The notes beneath the pieces are model-generated. The model searched no databases. It saw nothing but the letters and a program-made list of their open reading frames with translations, and was not told the DNA's origin. This document shows positions 18,576 through 27,471 of a stretch of 64,000 bases of DNA, piece after piece. Position numbers and translations under genes: made by a program. Source of the DNA: Candidatus Magasanikbacteria bacterium GW2011_GWA2_56_11. Lineage in GTDB: Bacteria; Patescibacteriota; Patescibacteriia; Magasanikbacterales; UBA922. The stretch covers positions 9,849 through 73,848 of the forward strand of contig LCRX01000001.1 in assembly GCA_001004885.1 (NCBI GenBank). The letters run 5' to 3'. Every line of letters starts with the position of its first letter. The first letter of the stretch is position 1.

Positions 18576-18701
18576 TCCTCCCACCATGGTTCTCTACGGC
18601 GCCCACCGGCGCCGCCCGCCCAGTCATCCGACTGGGCTTCTACATTTATATAGGTTGCAAAAAAGCTCTCACTGTGGCTAAAATACTCCTGTTGAGCTTG
18701 A

Positions 18702-19535
18702 ATGGCTATGGAAAATACAAACTGGCGGACAGATTTCGCCGAACGCTGGGTGAAGTATTGGACCCCGCCCGCTCGCCCGACGCCGGGTTCGCTGGCTTTT
18801 ATTCAGGAGAAGCTGGCTGCCTATCCGAAAAAAGGTCCCCGTGTCCTAGTTCTTGGATCAACGAGCGAGTTCCGGGATATGTTGTTTGACCGGGGAATCC
18901 GGCCGGCCGTCGTCGATTTTAGCCGCGACAACTACCGCATCCTTTCGCAAGCGATGCGGCACAAAGACGAGTACGAAGACAATGAGCGGTATGTCGAGGC
19001 CGACTGGTGCGCGATGGATTTGGGAGAAGAGTTCGACATTATTCTTGGTGATGCGGTTTTTAATATTGTTCCGAAAGAGTCCAACGGGCGGCTGCTCGGA
19101 AACATTAAGCGGCACTTGGCTCCGGAAGGAATATATATCGAGCGGGTGCATGTCTTCCCGGAAAAATATCGCGGGTTTGATATCGCGGCCGAAACCAAGA
19201 AGCGCCGCGAGGACATCGCGCGGCATTCTTTTTACTACGTATTTGGCACGCCTTCATACCTGGCGGCGATGGAAAAAGACAACGAACCGATACCGTTAAA
19301 GAAAGTATCGAGTCTCGTCGACGGCATATATGCCGAAGGACTTATCACGCCCGGCCAGTACGAAGAGTGGCGGCGGCTCGGCAAGCACCTGACCGATTTT
19401 GTTTTCTTTCTTCCGACCGAACAGTTCGCCCGCGACCGGCTGGCGGAATACTTTGCGATCGCGGAGGTGCATGTTGATTACGATTTTCCGTTTTACCCCG
19501 AGTTCTACCCCAATTTTGTGTTAAAAAAATTCTGA
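18702..19535 (+). CDS. Class I SAM-dependent methyltransferase (copy 2)
   Basis: WTPPARPT, VLGSTSEFR, FDIILGD, LAPEG. Confidence 0.8.
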   Translation: MAMENTNWRTDFAERWVKYWTPPARPTPGSLAFIQEKLAAYPKKGPRVLVLGSTSEFRDMLFDRGIRPAVVDFSRDNYRILSQAMRHKDEYEDNERYVEADWCAMDLGEEFDIILGDAVFNIVPKESNGRLLGNIKRHLAPEGIYIERVHVFPEKYRGFDIAAETKKRREDIARHSFYYVFGTPSYLAAMEKDNEPIPLKKVSSLVDGIYAEGLITPGQYEEWRRLGKHLTDFVFFLPTEQFARDRLAEYFAIAEVHVDYDFPFYPEFYPNFVLKKF

Positions 19536-19538
19536 TCT

Positions 19539-20390
19539 ATGGCCCCGAGCACCGCGGTTCCGGAAACCTATGGCACGCCCTGGAAAAAGATCGCGGCTAA
19601 TTGGGCGAAACTTGGCGATGGTAACCATCCATCGCCTCACGATTTGGCTATTTATAAAAAGTACATGGATCAGGCGATCGCAAATGTGGCCGAGCCGCGC
19701 GTCGTGGTGTTTGGAGCGACGCCGGAGCTTCGGGATATGCTCGCGCGCGAGAGAGGGATTGCGGTGACGGTTCTCGATCTTAATTTAGAGATGATCCGGG
19801 CCATGACCGAGCTTATGACCGAGGCGCCGGACCGGGAGACCTGGATCGAGGGGAACTGGCTGGAAGCCCGGCTACCCAGCAACACTTATCAGGTGGTGTT
19901 TGGCGATCAAATTCGGGGCAATGTCCCGTTTGCCCGGCAAGAGGATCTTTACCGCACGATCCACCGAATTCTCGCCCCGGGCGGCGCGCATGTTACCCGC
20001 GATACCAGTCATTTGCCGGAGACCCGTATCCATGATCCGGAAGAGCTAATTGCCAAGTTCGCGGCCGTCCCCTCGACGAAAGAGACGCTGACCGAGTTCA
20101 TGAATACACTTCTCTTTTTGACTCATCGAAATCCAGAGTCAACGACCGATCGGATGTTCTCTCTCCTTGAAAGACATCTGGACCAGCCTTTTATCCGCTC
20201 GTACTACGAACAGATTACGGAAATTCTACCGCGCGGCCAGTCGTGGAATATCGGCCGAAGCTGGGACGAGGTTAGCCGGTCGCTGCTGCGGTATTTTGAA
20301 ATTGCCGACAAGGAACAGGACGATACCGTTTTTGCCGATACCACTTACGTCTATAACTTAAAACCGCGCGCGATAAGTAACTTATCTTGA
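19539..20390 (+). CDS. Class I SAM-dependent methyltransferase (copy 3)
   Basis: VFGATPELR, LDLNLEM, VVFGD, LAPGG. Confidence 0.8.
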   Translation: MAPSTAVPETYGTPWKKIAANWAKLGDGNHPSPHDLAIYKKYMDQAIANVAEPRVVVFGATPELRDMLARERGIAVTVLDLNLEMIRAMTELMTEAPDRETWIEGNWLEARLPSNTYQVVFGDQIRGNVPFARQEDLYRTIHRILAPGGAHVTRDTSHLPETRIHDPEELIAKFAAVPSTKETLTEFMNTLLFLTHRNPESTTDRMFSLLERHLDQPFIRSYYEQITEILPRGQSWNIGRSWDEVSRSLLRYFEIADKEQDDTVFADTTYVYNLKPRAISNLS

Positions 20391-20393
20391 TTT

Positions 20394-21203
20394 ATGGCCA
20401 TCGCCAACTGGCAACCGACCAAAGCAGAATTTTGGAAAAATCTTCCCGCCCCGGCGCGGCCGTGGCCGAGCGAAGTCGCATGGTTTGAAAAGTATATTCT
20501 CGAGAAGAAGGCCAACGGGCCGGTGGACGTCCTTATTTTAGGTTCGACTGTCGAATTTCGCTCTTTGTGCCACCAGCACGGCGCGCGCGTGCACATAGTG
20601 GATTTTTCCGATAAGTTCTATCGGATACTGTCCGAACAGCCGATGGAATATCGGGGAGAAGAGGCTTTTTACGAACAGGATTGGCGGACAATGGAGCTTG
20701 GTCGGCAGTTTGATCTAATTTTCGGAGACTGGGTGCCGGGGGTGCTCCACACCGTCGATTACGATGTATTTTTCAAACGCATCGTCGCGCATCTCAAAGA
20801 CGACGGATTATTTATCGCCCGCGAGTGCCTTCGCCCCGATCGCACGGTCGTCGATTTGGCCGCCGTGGTCAAGAAACACAACGCCGAATACGCCGACAAG
20901 TACTCTTTTTACGAAAGCTCAATGCAGTATGTTTACGGGTACCGCCCCGACCCGGTCACGGCGATGTGGGATATTCCCGCGGCCCAGTCGGCGCTCGATA
21001 AAGTCCACGCGGACGGTCTTCTCAAAGACAGCGACTATGATTTTTTTACCCGGGCGCTCGCGGTCGAGAAAAGTCCGGCTTCGATCATGGTGGCGGAGGA
21101 TTTTGACCGGGAGGTACAAGGGTACTTTGTTATCCAGGCAAAGCATTTCGGCAACGAGCCGTCGCATAATTGGTACCCTGTTTATGTGTTGAAGAAAAAA
21201 TGA
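20394..21203 (+). CDS. Class I SAM-dependent methyltransferase (copy 4)
   Basis: PAPARPWPSE, ILGSTVEFR, FDLIFGD. Confidence 0.8.
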   Translation: MAIANWQPTKAEFWKNLPAPARPWPSEVAWFEKYILEKKANGPVDVLILGSTVEFRSLCHQHGARVHIVDFSDKFYRILSEQPMEYRGEEAFYEQDWRTMELGRQFDLIFGDWVPGVLHTVDYDVFFKRIVAHLKDDGLFIARECLRPDRTVVDLAAVVKKHNAEYADKYSFYESSMQYVYGYRPDPVTAMWDIPAAQSALDKVHADGLLKDSDYDFFTRALAVEKSPASIMVAEDFDREVQGYFVIQAKHFGNEPSHNWYPVYVLKKK

Positions 21204-22033
21204 ATATGCCGACCGCACTTTCGAGCACTAAAACCAATTGGAATTACGCCGAAATTTGGGACCAATTCCCGGTGCCGGCTAGGCCGACTCCGTCGGAGAT
21301 TAAACTTTTGGAGAGCGAATTAAAACGTCGCCTGGCCAAAAACAGCCGTCTAAAGCTGCTGATCTTGGGATCAACGATTGAGTACCGTTCGTTAGCCCGG
21401 CATTTGGGCGTTAAACCATACGTGGCGGATTTTTCCCGCGCCAATTACGAGGCCCTGACCGCCTTTTCGCGGGAAAAATTTCCCGGGGAGCATTTCATCG
21501 AAATCAACTGGCTGGATATTGCCGCCGACGGCACGTATGACGTCATAGTCGGACACCGGGTCATGAACGTTGTTAAACATACGGATCTGGTCCGCATGTT
21601 TGCTGTTATGCACCGGGCGCTCAAGCCTGAAGGCGTCTATTTTTGCCGAGGCAATGTCTGGCTGCCCAAAGACAAAGATCGGCTGGCCGAATTGGTGAAA
21701 GCCTACGCTTTTAAGAAACGCCGGCCGCACCCGCTGTTCACGTATTTGGAAGTCGCGTTGTATTTCCATTCGGCCGATCGCCGTGGGTATGTTAATTATC
21801 CGCTGGCTCGCCGCCTGGCGAAAGAGTGGCTGAAAGACGGTCGGATATCCCGCGCTGATTACGAACGGACGACCCCGCTCATTTCCATGCCCAAGGGCAC
21901 CAAGTTTCGCGGGTTAATTCGTCGCGAGGAGATAGTCGCTGCCTATACGGCCGCGGGTTTCAAGCAAGTTTCCTGGCTGTTCACCAGGGAAGATTATTGC
22001 CGGAATATGCCGATTATCAAGTTAAGCAAATAA
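21200..22033 (+). CDS. Class I SAM-dependent methyltransferase (copy 5)
   Basis: PVPARPTPSE, ILGSTIEYR, YDVIVGH, LKPEG; ATGA overlap with copy 4. Confidence 0.8.
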   Translation: MNMPTALSSTKTNWNYAEIWDQFPVPARPTPSEIKLLESELKRRLAKNSRLKLLILGSTIEYRSLARHLGVKPYVADFSRANYEALTAFSREKFPGEHFIEINWLDIAADGTYDVIVGHRVMNVVKHTDLVRMFAVMHRALKPEGVYFCRGNVWLPKDKDRLAELVKAYAFKKRRPHPLFTYLEVALYFHSADRRGYVNYPLARRLAKEWLKDGRISRADYERTTPLISMPKGTKFRGLIRREEIVAAYTAAGFKQVSWLFTREDYCRNMPIIKLSK

Positions 22034-22036
22034 ATT

Positions 22037-22894
22037 ATGCCCGCAAAGGAAACGTTTGCCACGCCTTGGAAAGACCTCGCGAACCGTTGGGAAGCGTATT
22101 ACACGCCGCCGGGCCGGCCGTCGCCTGAAGATTGCCAGCTCTACGCTAAATACGTCCGTCGGGCCCTGGGAAAAAAGAAGTCTGGCCGGGCGCTCGTATT
22201 AGGCGCCACACCCGAGATCCGTAATTTGCTCCATAAACTGCCGGTCGAAGTAACGTCGCTCGACATCAATTTGGAAATGATACTCGCCATGAATCGCTTT
22301 GTCCCGCAGTGCGAGAAGGATATTTTGGTCCGCGGCAGCTGGGTGGATAATCCGCTCAAGAGTGGCTATTTTGACGCGGTTATCGGGGATTATTCGTGGT
22401 CGAATGTTCCCCGACGCCAGTGGACTCAGTTTAATGAGACGGTCGCGAGGCTTCTTACGCCAGCCGGGCTTTACGTCCATCGCGTTCATTTGGTGCCGGA
22501 CGGCTGGCAACGCGAATCGGCGTTGCCGATAGTTCAAGATTATGCCAGTCGGCCATACAGCCGGCAGCTGGCATTTGAATTGTTTTTTAAACTGCTCACT
22601 AATACTTACAACAAACGCGATCGCAGCGTATCGATGCGGCGAATTTGGGATGATCTGGCTTCATTTTGGCGCGCCGGGAAATTTGTGAGGGGGGCGTCAA
22701 TTCCAGGCGCCGGCCGGCTGTTGGCTGACCTGCATAAATTTTGGGGTACGACTGACAAAACGTGGCAGATTGGATATAAGAGCGATCTCCTGGCTGACAT
22801 CGGTCCCTATTTTCAACTCGGCGAAAGCGTCAAGGCAAACGATTATGACGATGCCGGCTGCGTCGAGATGTGGATATGCCGGAAAAGGCCGTAA
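22037..22894 (+). CDS. Class I SAM-dependent methyltransferase (copy 6)
   Basis: YTPPGRPS, VLGATPEIR, FDAVIGD. Confidence 0.8.
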   Translation: MPAKETFATPWKDLANRWEAYYTPPGRPSPEDCQLYAKYVRRALGKKKSGRALVLGATPEIRNLLHKLPVEVTSLDINLEMILAMNRFVPQCEKDILVRGSWVDNPLKSGYFDAVIGDYSWSNVPRRQWTQFNETVARLLTPAGLYVHRVHLVPDGWQRESALPIVQDYASRPYSRQLAFELFFKLLTNTYNKRDRSVSMRRIWDDLASFWRAGKFVRGASIPGAGRLLADLHKFWGTTDKTWQIGYKSDLLADIGPYFQLGESVKANDYDDAGCVEMWICRKRP

Positions 22895-22903
22895 ACTTTG
22901 CTT

Positions 22904-23770
22904 ATGGCTGGTTACATTGACCAAAAAAAAGACGAATGGAGCGGACAAGTCGCAGCCGCCCGGACAAAGGACCGGTCGCAGTACCCGGGCGGGCCGTCCG
23001 CGAGTCCGGCGATTTTGGCGACCTACGCGCGCCTGATCAACTCGGCTATCGCCGGCAAACAGGCATTCACGGCCTGCGTCCTCGGGGCAACGCCGGAACT
23101 CAGGGACATGGTTCTCGAACGCGGCGGCAATTTGACGACGCTCGACATCAGCGACGAGATGATAGCCAAATGCGCGCCGCTCATGCGCCACCAAGAAAAT
23201 ACTCGCGAAACCGTGCGGATCGCGAGCTGGCTTGATGCTTCGCTTCCGGCCGCCGCGTTCGATTTGGTCCTCGGCGACGGTGCGTCGAACAATATTCCGC
23301 CGGACAAACAAACCGAGTTTTTTGCCAACCTTCGCCGGCTGCTTCGTCCGGGCGGGACTTTGGTTCTGCGCGAGGGCGTTATTCATCCGGACCGCCCGGT
23401 CCGGACAGTGGCCGAGATCAGCCGGGAATTTGACGAAGGCGGCGCGCACTGGTTCGATACCTTTTACGACCTTTATTTGTACAGCGAACTTACCCCTCGC
23501 TACCGCGACCCGGAGACGAGCCGGACCAATCTGGGCGCCTTTTGGGAAGAAATCCGGCAAGCCCGTGAATCCGGCGGTCTTGGCCAGGCCGCTTTCGAGG
23601 CCATGTGGTGGTTCCGCGGTAAAATTATCCATACCATTTATCTGAAACCGGAGTTGGAGAAGTTGATGGCCGGTCATTTTTTCCTTTCTCCGGTGGCTCC
23701 CGATCCCGATCATCTGCGGATGACAAAGGATAGCTGGTTATTTTTCGCGGGCCGGCCGCGTAATCCATAA
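22904..23770 (+). CDS. Class I SAM-dependent methyltransferase (copy 7)
   Basis: VLGATPELR, LDISDEM, FDLVLGD, LRPGG. Confidence 0.8.
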   Translation: MAGYIDQKKDEWSGQVAAARTKDRSQYPGGPSASPAILATYARLINSAIAGKQAFTACVLGATPELRDMVLERGGNLTTLDISDEMIAKCAPLMRHQENTRETVRIASWLDASLPAAAFDLVLGDGASNNIPPDKQTEFFANLRRLLRPGGTLVLREGVIHPDRPVRTVAEISREFDEGGAHWFDTFYDLYLYSELTPRYRDPETSRTNLGAFWEEIRQARESGGLGQAAFEAMWWFRGKIIHTIYLKPELEKLMAGHFFLSPVAPDPDHLRMTKDSWLFFAGRPRNP

Positions 23771-24621
23771 TGTCAACCGCTATGAGTCAACCGCAAAGCT
23801 GGACGCCGATCGCGGACAATCGGGCGCGTCCCGGGAATCGTGTGCCGCCGTTCGCGCCTTCGAGCGCCGAGCTTGGCGTATATGCTAAGTACGTCGGAAG
23901 AGTCCGGGAAAACCCCAGTCTGCCGCCGCGGGCGCTCATCTTGGGGTCGACTCCGGAGCTGCGTGATCTCACGATAAGCGCCGGGCTCGAAGCGCACGCC
24001 CTGGATATCAGCCCCGAGATGCTGGTTAAATTTTCGGCTCTCATGGAGCACGCCGGAAGCGAGCTCGATAAACGCCATCTCGGCGACTGGCGGGCGACCG
24101 AATTTCCCGCCGGTTACTTTGGTTTAGTTTTCGGCGACGGATCGCTAATGAGTCTCGCCAGCCGCGAAGACAATGAAACTGTTGTCGGAAGGTGCGCGCG
24201 AAGTCTCTCGCCTGGGGGTTATCTGGTGGCGCGCAACAGTTGCTTTGTTTCGGATTACGACGGTTATCGCGATGCGTCTGCCCTGGTCGGGGATTACCGC
24301 GCGGGCAAATTGACCTGGAATGATCTTTTTATGGAGCTAAGGTTTTTCGTTTTTAAAGATCAGGCGTACAATCCGGCAAACTTCCAGTACGACGCCGGTG
24401 TGACTTTCCGGCGCATAGACGAGCTTCAGGCCGCCGGTCTTTTGCCCGACGGGGAGTACAAGCGCATCAATGAATTCAGGAATTCCATAATCAATACCGT
24501 TTACCCGGAGGCGGAATTCGTCTCCATGGTTGGACGCCATGGTTTCCGACTCGAGGAAACTTTTCACGACGGACCGGAGTTGTTTTTCCGCCATTTTTTT
24601 ATGCTGGCGTTTGCCCGGTAG
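23770..24621 (+). CDS. Class I SAM-dependent methyltransferase (copy 8)
   Basis: ILGSTPELR, LDISPEM, LVFGD, LSPGG. Confidence 0.8.
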   Translation: MSTAMSQPQSWTPIADNRARPGNRVPPFAPSSAELGVYAKYVGRVRENPSLPPRALILGSTPELRDLTISAGLEAHALDISPEMLVKFSALMEHAGSELDKRHLGDWRATEFPAGYFGLVFGDGSLMSLASREDNETVVGRCARSLSPGGYLVARNSCFVSDYDGYRDASALVGDYRAGKLTWNDLFMELRFFVFKDQAYNPANFQYDAGVTFRRIDELQAAGLLPDGEYKRINEFRNSIINTVYPEAEFVSMVGRHGFRLEETFHDGPELFFRHFFMLAFAR

Positions 24622-24642
24622 GGCCGGCTTATTTCTTTGCCT

Positions 24643-26184
24643 ATGGACAGGCAGAAAAAATTAACCGTGGCTACGACCAACTACGAAGTCTCGATTTGGC
24701 CCCTGTGCATGCTGGTCGAGATGCTTTCCTCTGATTTTCATAAGCTCGCCGGAGAAAATTACGGCGGGATGAAGATCCAGGAGTGGCAGAACCGGACGAA
24801 CCGCGTTGCGGTCGATCCCACGGCGCATGAGCGGATTACCCGGCTCATGCTGAAAAAAGCCGGAGAGCGTCCGGCCTGGGCCCGAGGGATACTCAAAAGG
24901 ATCCCCCGCGAGTGCCGGACGCTGCTGGCATTCACCACCGGCGTGGCCCGGTCTGATTTGACTAAAAAAAGCAACCGCGAGCTTTATGGATTGTACCGCG
25001 AGTACGAAAAACGGTTTCGGCAGATGTACCTCTATTCCTGGTTTCCGAATTCTTTGGAGGGGCCAAACAACCTTTTGACGAAAAAACTGGGGGACTATCT
25101 TGGCCGCAAATTGAAAGCTCTTGATAAGCCGGAACAGGCGAGCTCATATCTGAGCGTGCTGCTTACTCCTACGCGTTTGAGTACCAGGCAAAAAGAAGAA
25201 CGCGATCTGTTACGCCTTGTCGGACGAATTCAAAGTTCGCGGGATGCCAAGCGACTGTTTATCAGGGGAACAGACACAATCGTAGCCCGTCTTGGCGTCC
25301 TTGATCCGGTCCTGCGGCGGGCGATCCGGCGTCATCACCGTGTTTATGCTTGGATGCCGTACAATTACGATGGCCCGGCGTGGGGGATTGAGTATTTCTT
25401 GGATCGTATTCGCAGTCTGATTATTCAAAAAAATTCTGTGGACAAACTCATGAGCGCTCTTGAGGCCGAACGGCGAGGACTCATGGCTCTCCAGCGTCGG
25501 ATGTCCCGGGAGTTGAAACTAAACGAAGATACGGAGTATCGTTTTTGGATTGGCCTCGCGCGCCAGGCGATGTATCTAAAGGATTACCGTAAGGATGCCC
25601 TTTTTAAGTCCTATTTTCACATGGACAGGCTCATCCGTGAGATCGCCCTTAGATTGTACCTGTCGCCAATTCAAGTAAAACACATTTTGCCCGAAGAGAT
25701 GGAAGAGATTTTGGAAAGCGGAGAGGTAGACGCGCATCAACTCAACGAGCGTCTGGCATATTCGGTGCTTGTGCGTGATAGCACAGGCCATCGGTTATAT
25801 ACCGGAGAACAGGCGCGCACGGTTATGAAACGATACGTGAAAGAAATCCCGACGCTGCATTTGTCCGAGCTTCGCGGCGAGGTTGCCTACTTTGGCAAAG
25901 CGCATGGCGAGGTCTGTATAGTGTTTACGACGGCCGATATGGCCAAGATGAAGCCCGGGGATGTACTGGTATCGGTCGCGACCAATCCCAACTTGCTTCC
26001 GGCCATGCGCCTCGCTGGCGCAATCGTTACTGACAGGGGCGGAATTACGAGCCACGCCGCTGTGATCGCGCGGGAATTGAAGATACCCTGTGTTACCGGA
26101 ACGAAGACAGCCACGCAGGTCTTTAAAGACGGCGATCTCGTAGAAGTCGATGCCGAAGCCGGTATTGTCCGGCGGCTCGGTTAG
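24643..26184 (+). CDS. PEP-utilising enzyme with C-terminal phosphohistidine swivel domain
   Basis: GDVLV..TNP, VTDRGGITSHAAVIARELKIPCVTG; long helical N-domain; no ATP-grasp domain. Confidence 0.85.
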   Translation: MDRQKKLTVATTNYEVSIWPLCMLVEMLSSDFHKLAGENYGGMKIQEWQNRTNRVAVDPTAHERITRLMLKKAGERPAWARGILKRIPRECRTLLAFTTGVARSDLTKKSNRELYGLYREYEKRFRQMYLYSWFPNSLEGPNNLLTKKLGDYLGRKLKALDKPEQASSYLSVLLTPTRLSTRQKEERDLLRLVGRIQSSRDAKRLFIRGTDTIVARLGVLDPVLRRAIRRHHRVYAWMPYNYDGPAWGIEYFLDRIRSLIIQKNSVDKLMSALEAERRGLMALQRRMSRELKLNEDTEYRFWIGLARQAMYLKDYRKDALFKSYFHMDRLIREIALRLYLSPIQVKHILPEEMEEILESGEVDAHQLNERLAYSVLVRDSTGHRLYTGEQARTVMKRYVKEIPTLHLSELRGEVAYFGKAHGEVCIVFTTADMAKMKPGDVLVSVATNPNLLPAMRLAGAIVTDRGGITSHAAVIARELKIPCVTGTKTATQVFKDGDLVEVDAEAGIVRRLG

Positions 26185-26300
26185 TGTCCATCCGCTGTCA
26201 AAGCAGATTATTGAAGCGTATCTCTCCTCAAGACCGGACTCTTCCGGTATTCAGGATGGATTGCCGGCACAGAGTCGTGGAACTCGATGTACCGGCTTGG

Positions 26301-26774
26301 TCAGGGGTTGAAGACCTCGACAGCGGTTGTCGAGTCCGAGATTAGTTCGGTCGTCTGCGGATCGTGTATGAAGAGCACGGTCCCGGGCGCGAGCCAGCTC
26401 CGGTCTACCGGCTGCTCGACCCAGTCCCGGACGCCTTTCTGGATCGCGGTCCGGGAGGCGATTACGAGCAGCGCCTGCTCGCGGCTAGTTTGCCGCGAGC
26501 GCTCATTGCGTCTGCTGTCGAGCTCGCTGATGCGGTCGCCGACAACCTGGCCGGAGCTCTTGGCCGCGAGTTCACTCTGCGGGCCAAAAGTGGTTACCTC
26601 GATGCCCTGGGCGACCAGGGTGCCGGTCAAGATATCGGCCGCCAGCAGGTAGCGCGGCAGAGCGCCGTGAGCCAGGCAGACAGCGCGGACGCCGCGTTTC
26701 CGGCAGAGTTTGGCCACCAGCGCGGCAGAGCGCAGCAGACGCCGCCGCAGTCCGATACAGACAAAAAATTCCAT
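26301..26774 (-). CDS. Hypothetical protein
   Basis: ORF downstream of a minus-strand TTGACA-N17-TACAAT promoter (~26950-26922); no recognisable family. Confidence 0.5.
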   Translation of the reverse strand: MEFFVCIGLRRRLLRSAALVAKLCRKRGVRAVCLAHGALPRYLLAADILTGTLVAQGIEVTTFGPQSELAAKSSGQVVGDRISELDSRRNERSRQTSREQALLVIASRTAIQKGVRDWVEQPVDRSWLAPGTVLFIHDPQTTELISDSTTAVEVFNP

Positions 26775-27139
26775 CTGGTCTTCTTTCCGGGTCATCTTGA
26801 CCCCACAACGTTGGTCCCCTTGCTCCCTGCTTGGGAACCCATAACCGCGCCCGGACACTGGGTGAGATTATGGATTTTCAAGCTATTGAAGCCGGCGGCG
26901 TATAAAGAACAGGGAGCAGAAGATTGTATCTTCTTACCTTGCTTTTGTCAAGCGGCAACGGTATACTGGCTCATATTAGAACTCATAGCGAGTCTCTCCT
27001 TTCGCCTCAAACATAGACTGGTTTTCACGGCACCAAAACTCGCTCTTACAGGCTCAGACATTGGTGCCGCGAAAACCAGTCTATGTTTCGGCTCGGCTTA
27101 GGATAGAATTGCTAATAATTCACTACCAGTTCTTACTTA

Positions 27140-27460
27140 ATGACGCGCAAACGCCTTTTTCTTACGGTCTATGGCGACGTGCAGGGAGTCGGCTTCCGTT
27201 GGCACACGATGAAAAAAGCCGTCGAACTCCAGCTTACCGGCTGGGTGCGAAACGAACGCGACGGCAGCGTCTCGATTGCCGCCGCCGGAGACGAAGACAA
27301 GCTGCTTGAACTTCGAGCCTGGGCTCTTCGCGGTCCGCGGCCTGCGCGGGTGGAGCGGATAGAGGAGCGGTGGGAAGACGTTCCGCCTTTGGCCCCGGGA
27401 GCCGACCCGGCAGAGACCGAAGACCAGCCGGAGAGTGATTTCCGCATCAAATACTATTAG
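27140..27460 (+). CDS. acyP: Acylphosphatase
   Basis: GDVQGVGFR, GWVRN..DGSV, GP..ARVE. Confidence 0.93.
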   Translation: MTRKRLFLTVYGDVQGVGFRWHTMKKAVELQLTGWVRNERDGSVSIAAAGDEDKLLELRAWALRGPRPARVERIEERWEDVPPLAPGADPAETEDQPESDFRIKYY

Positions 27461-27471
27461 ATTATAACTTG

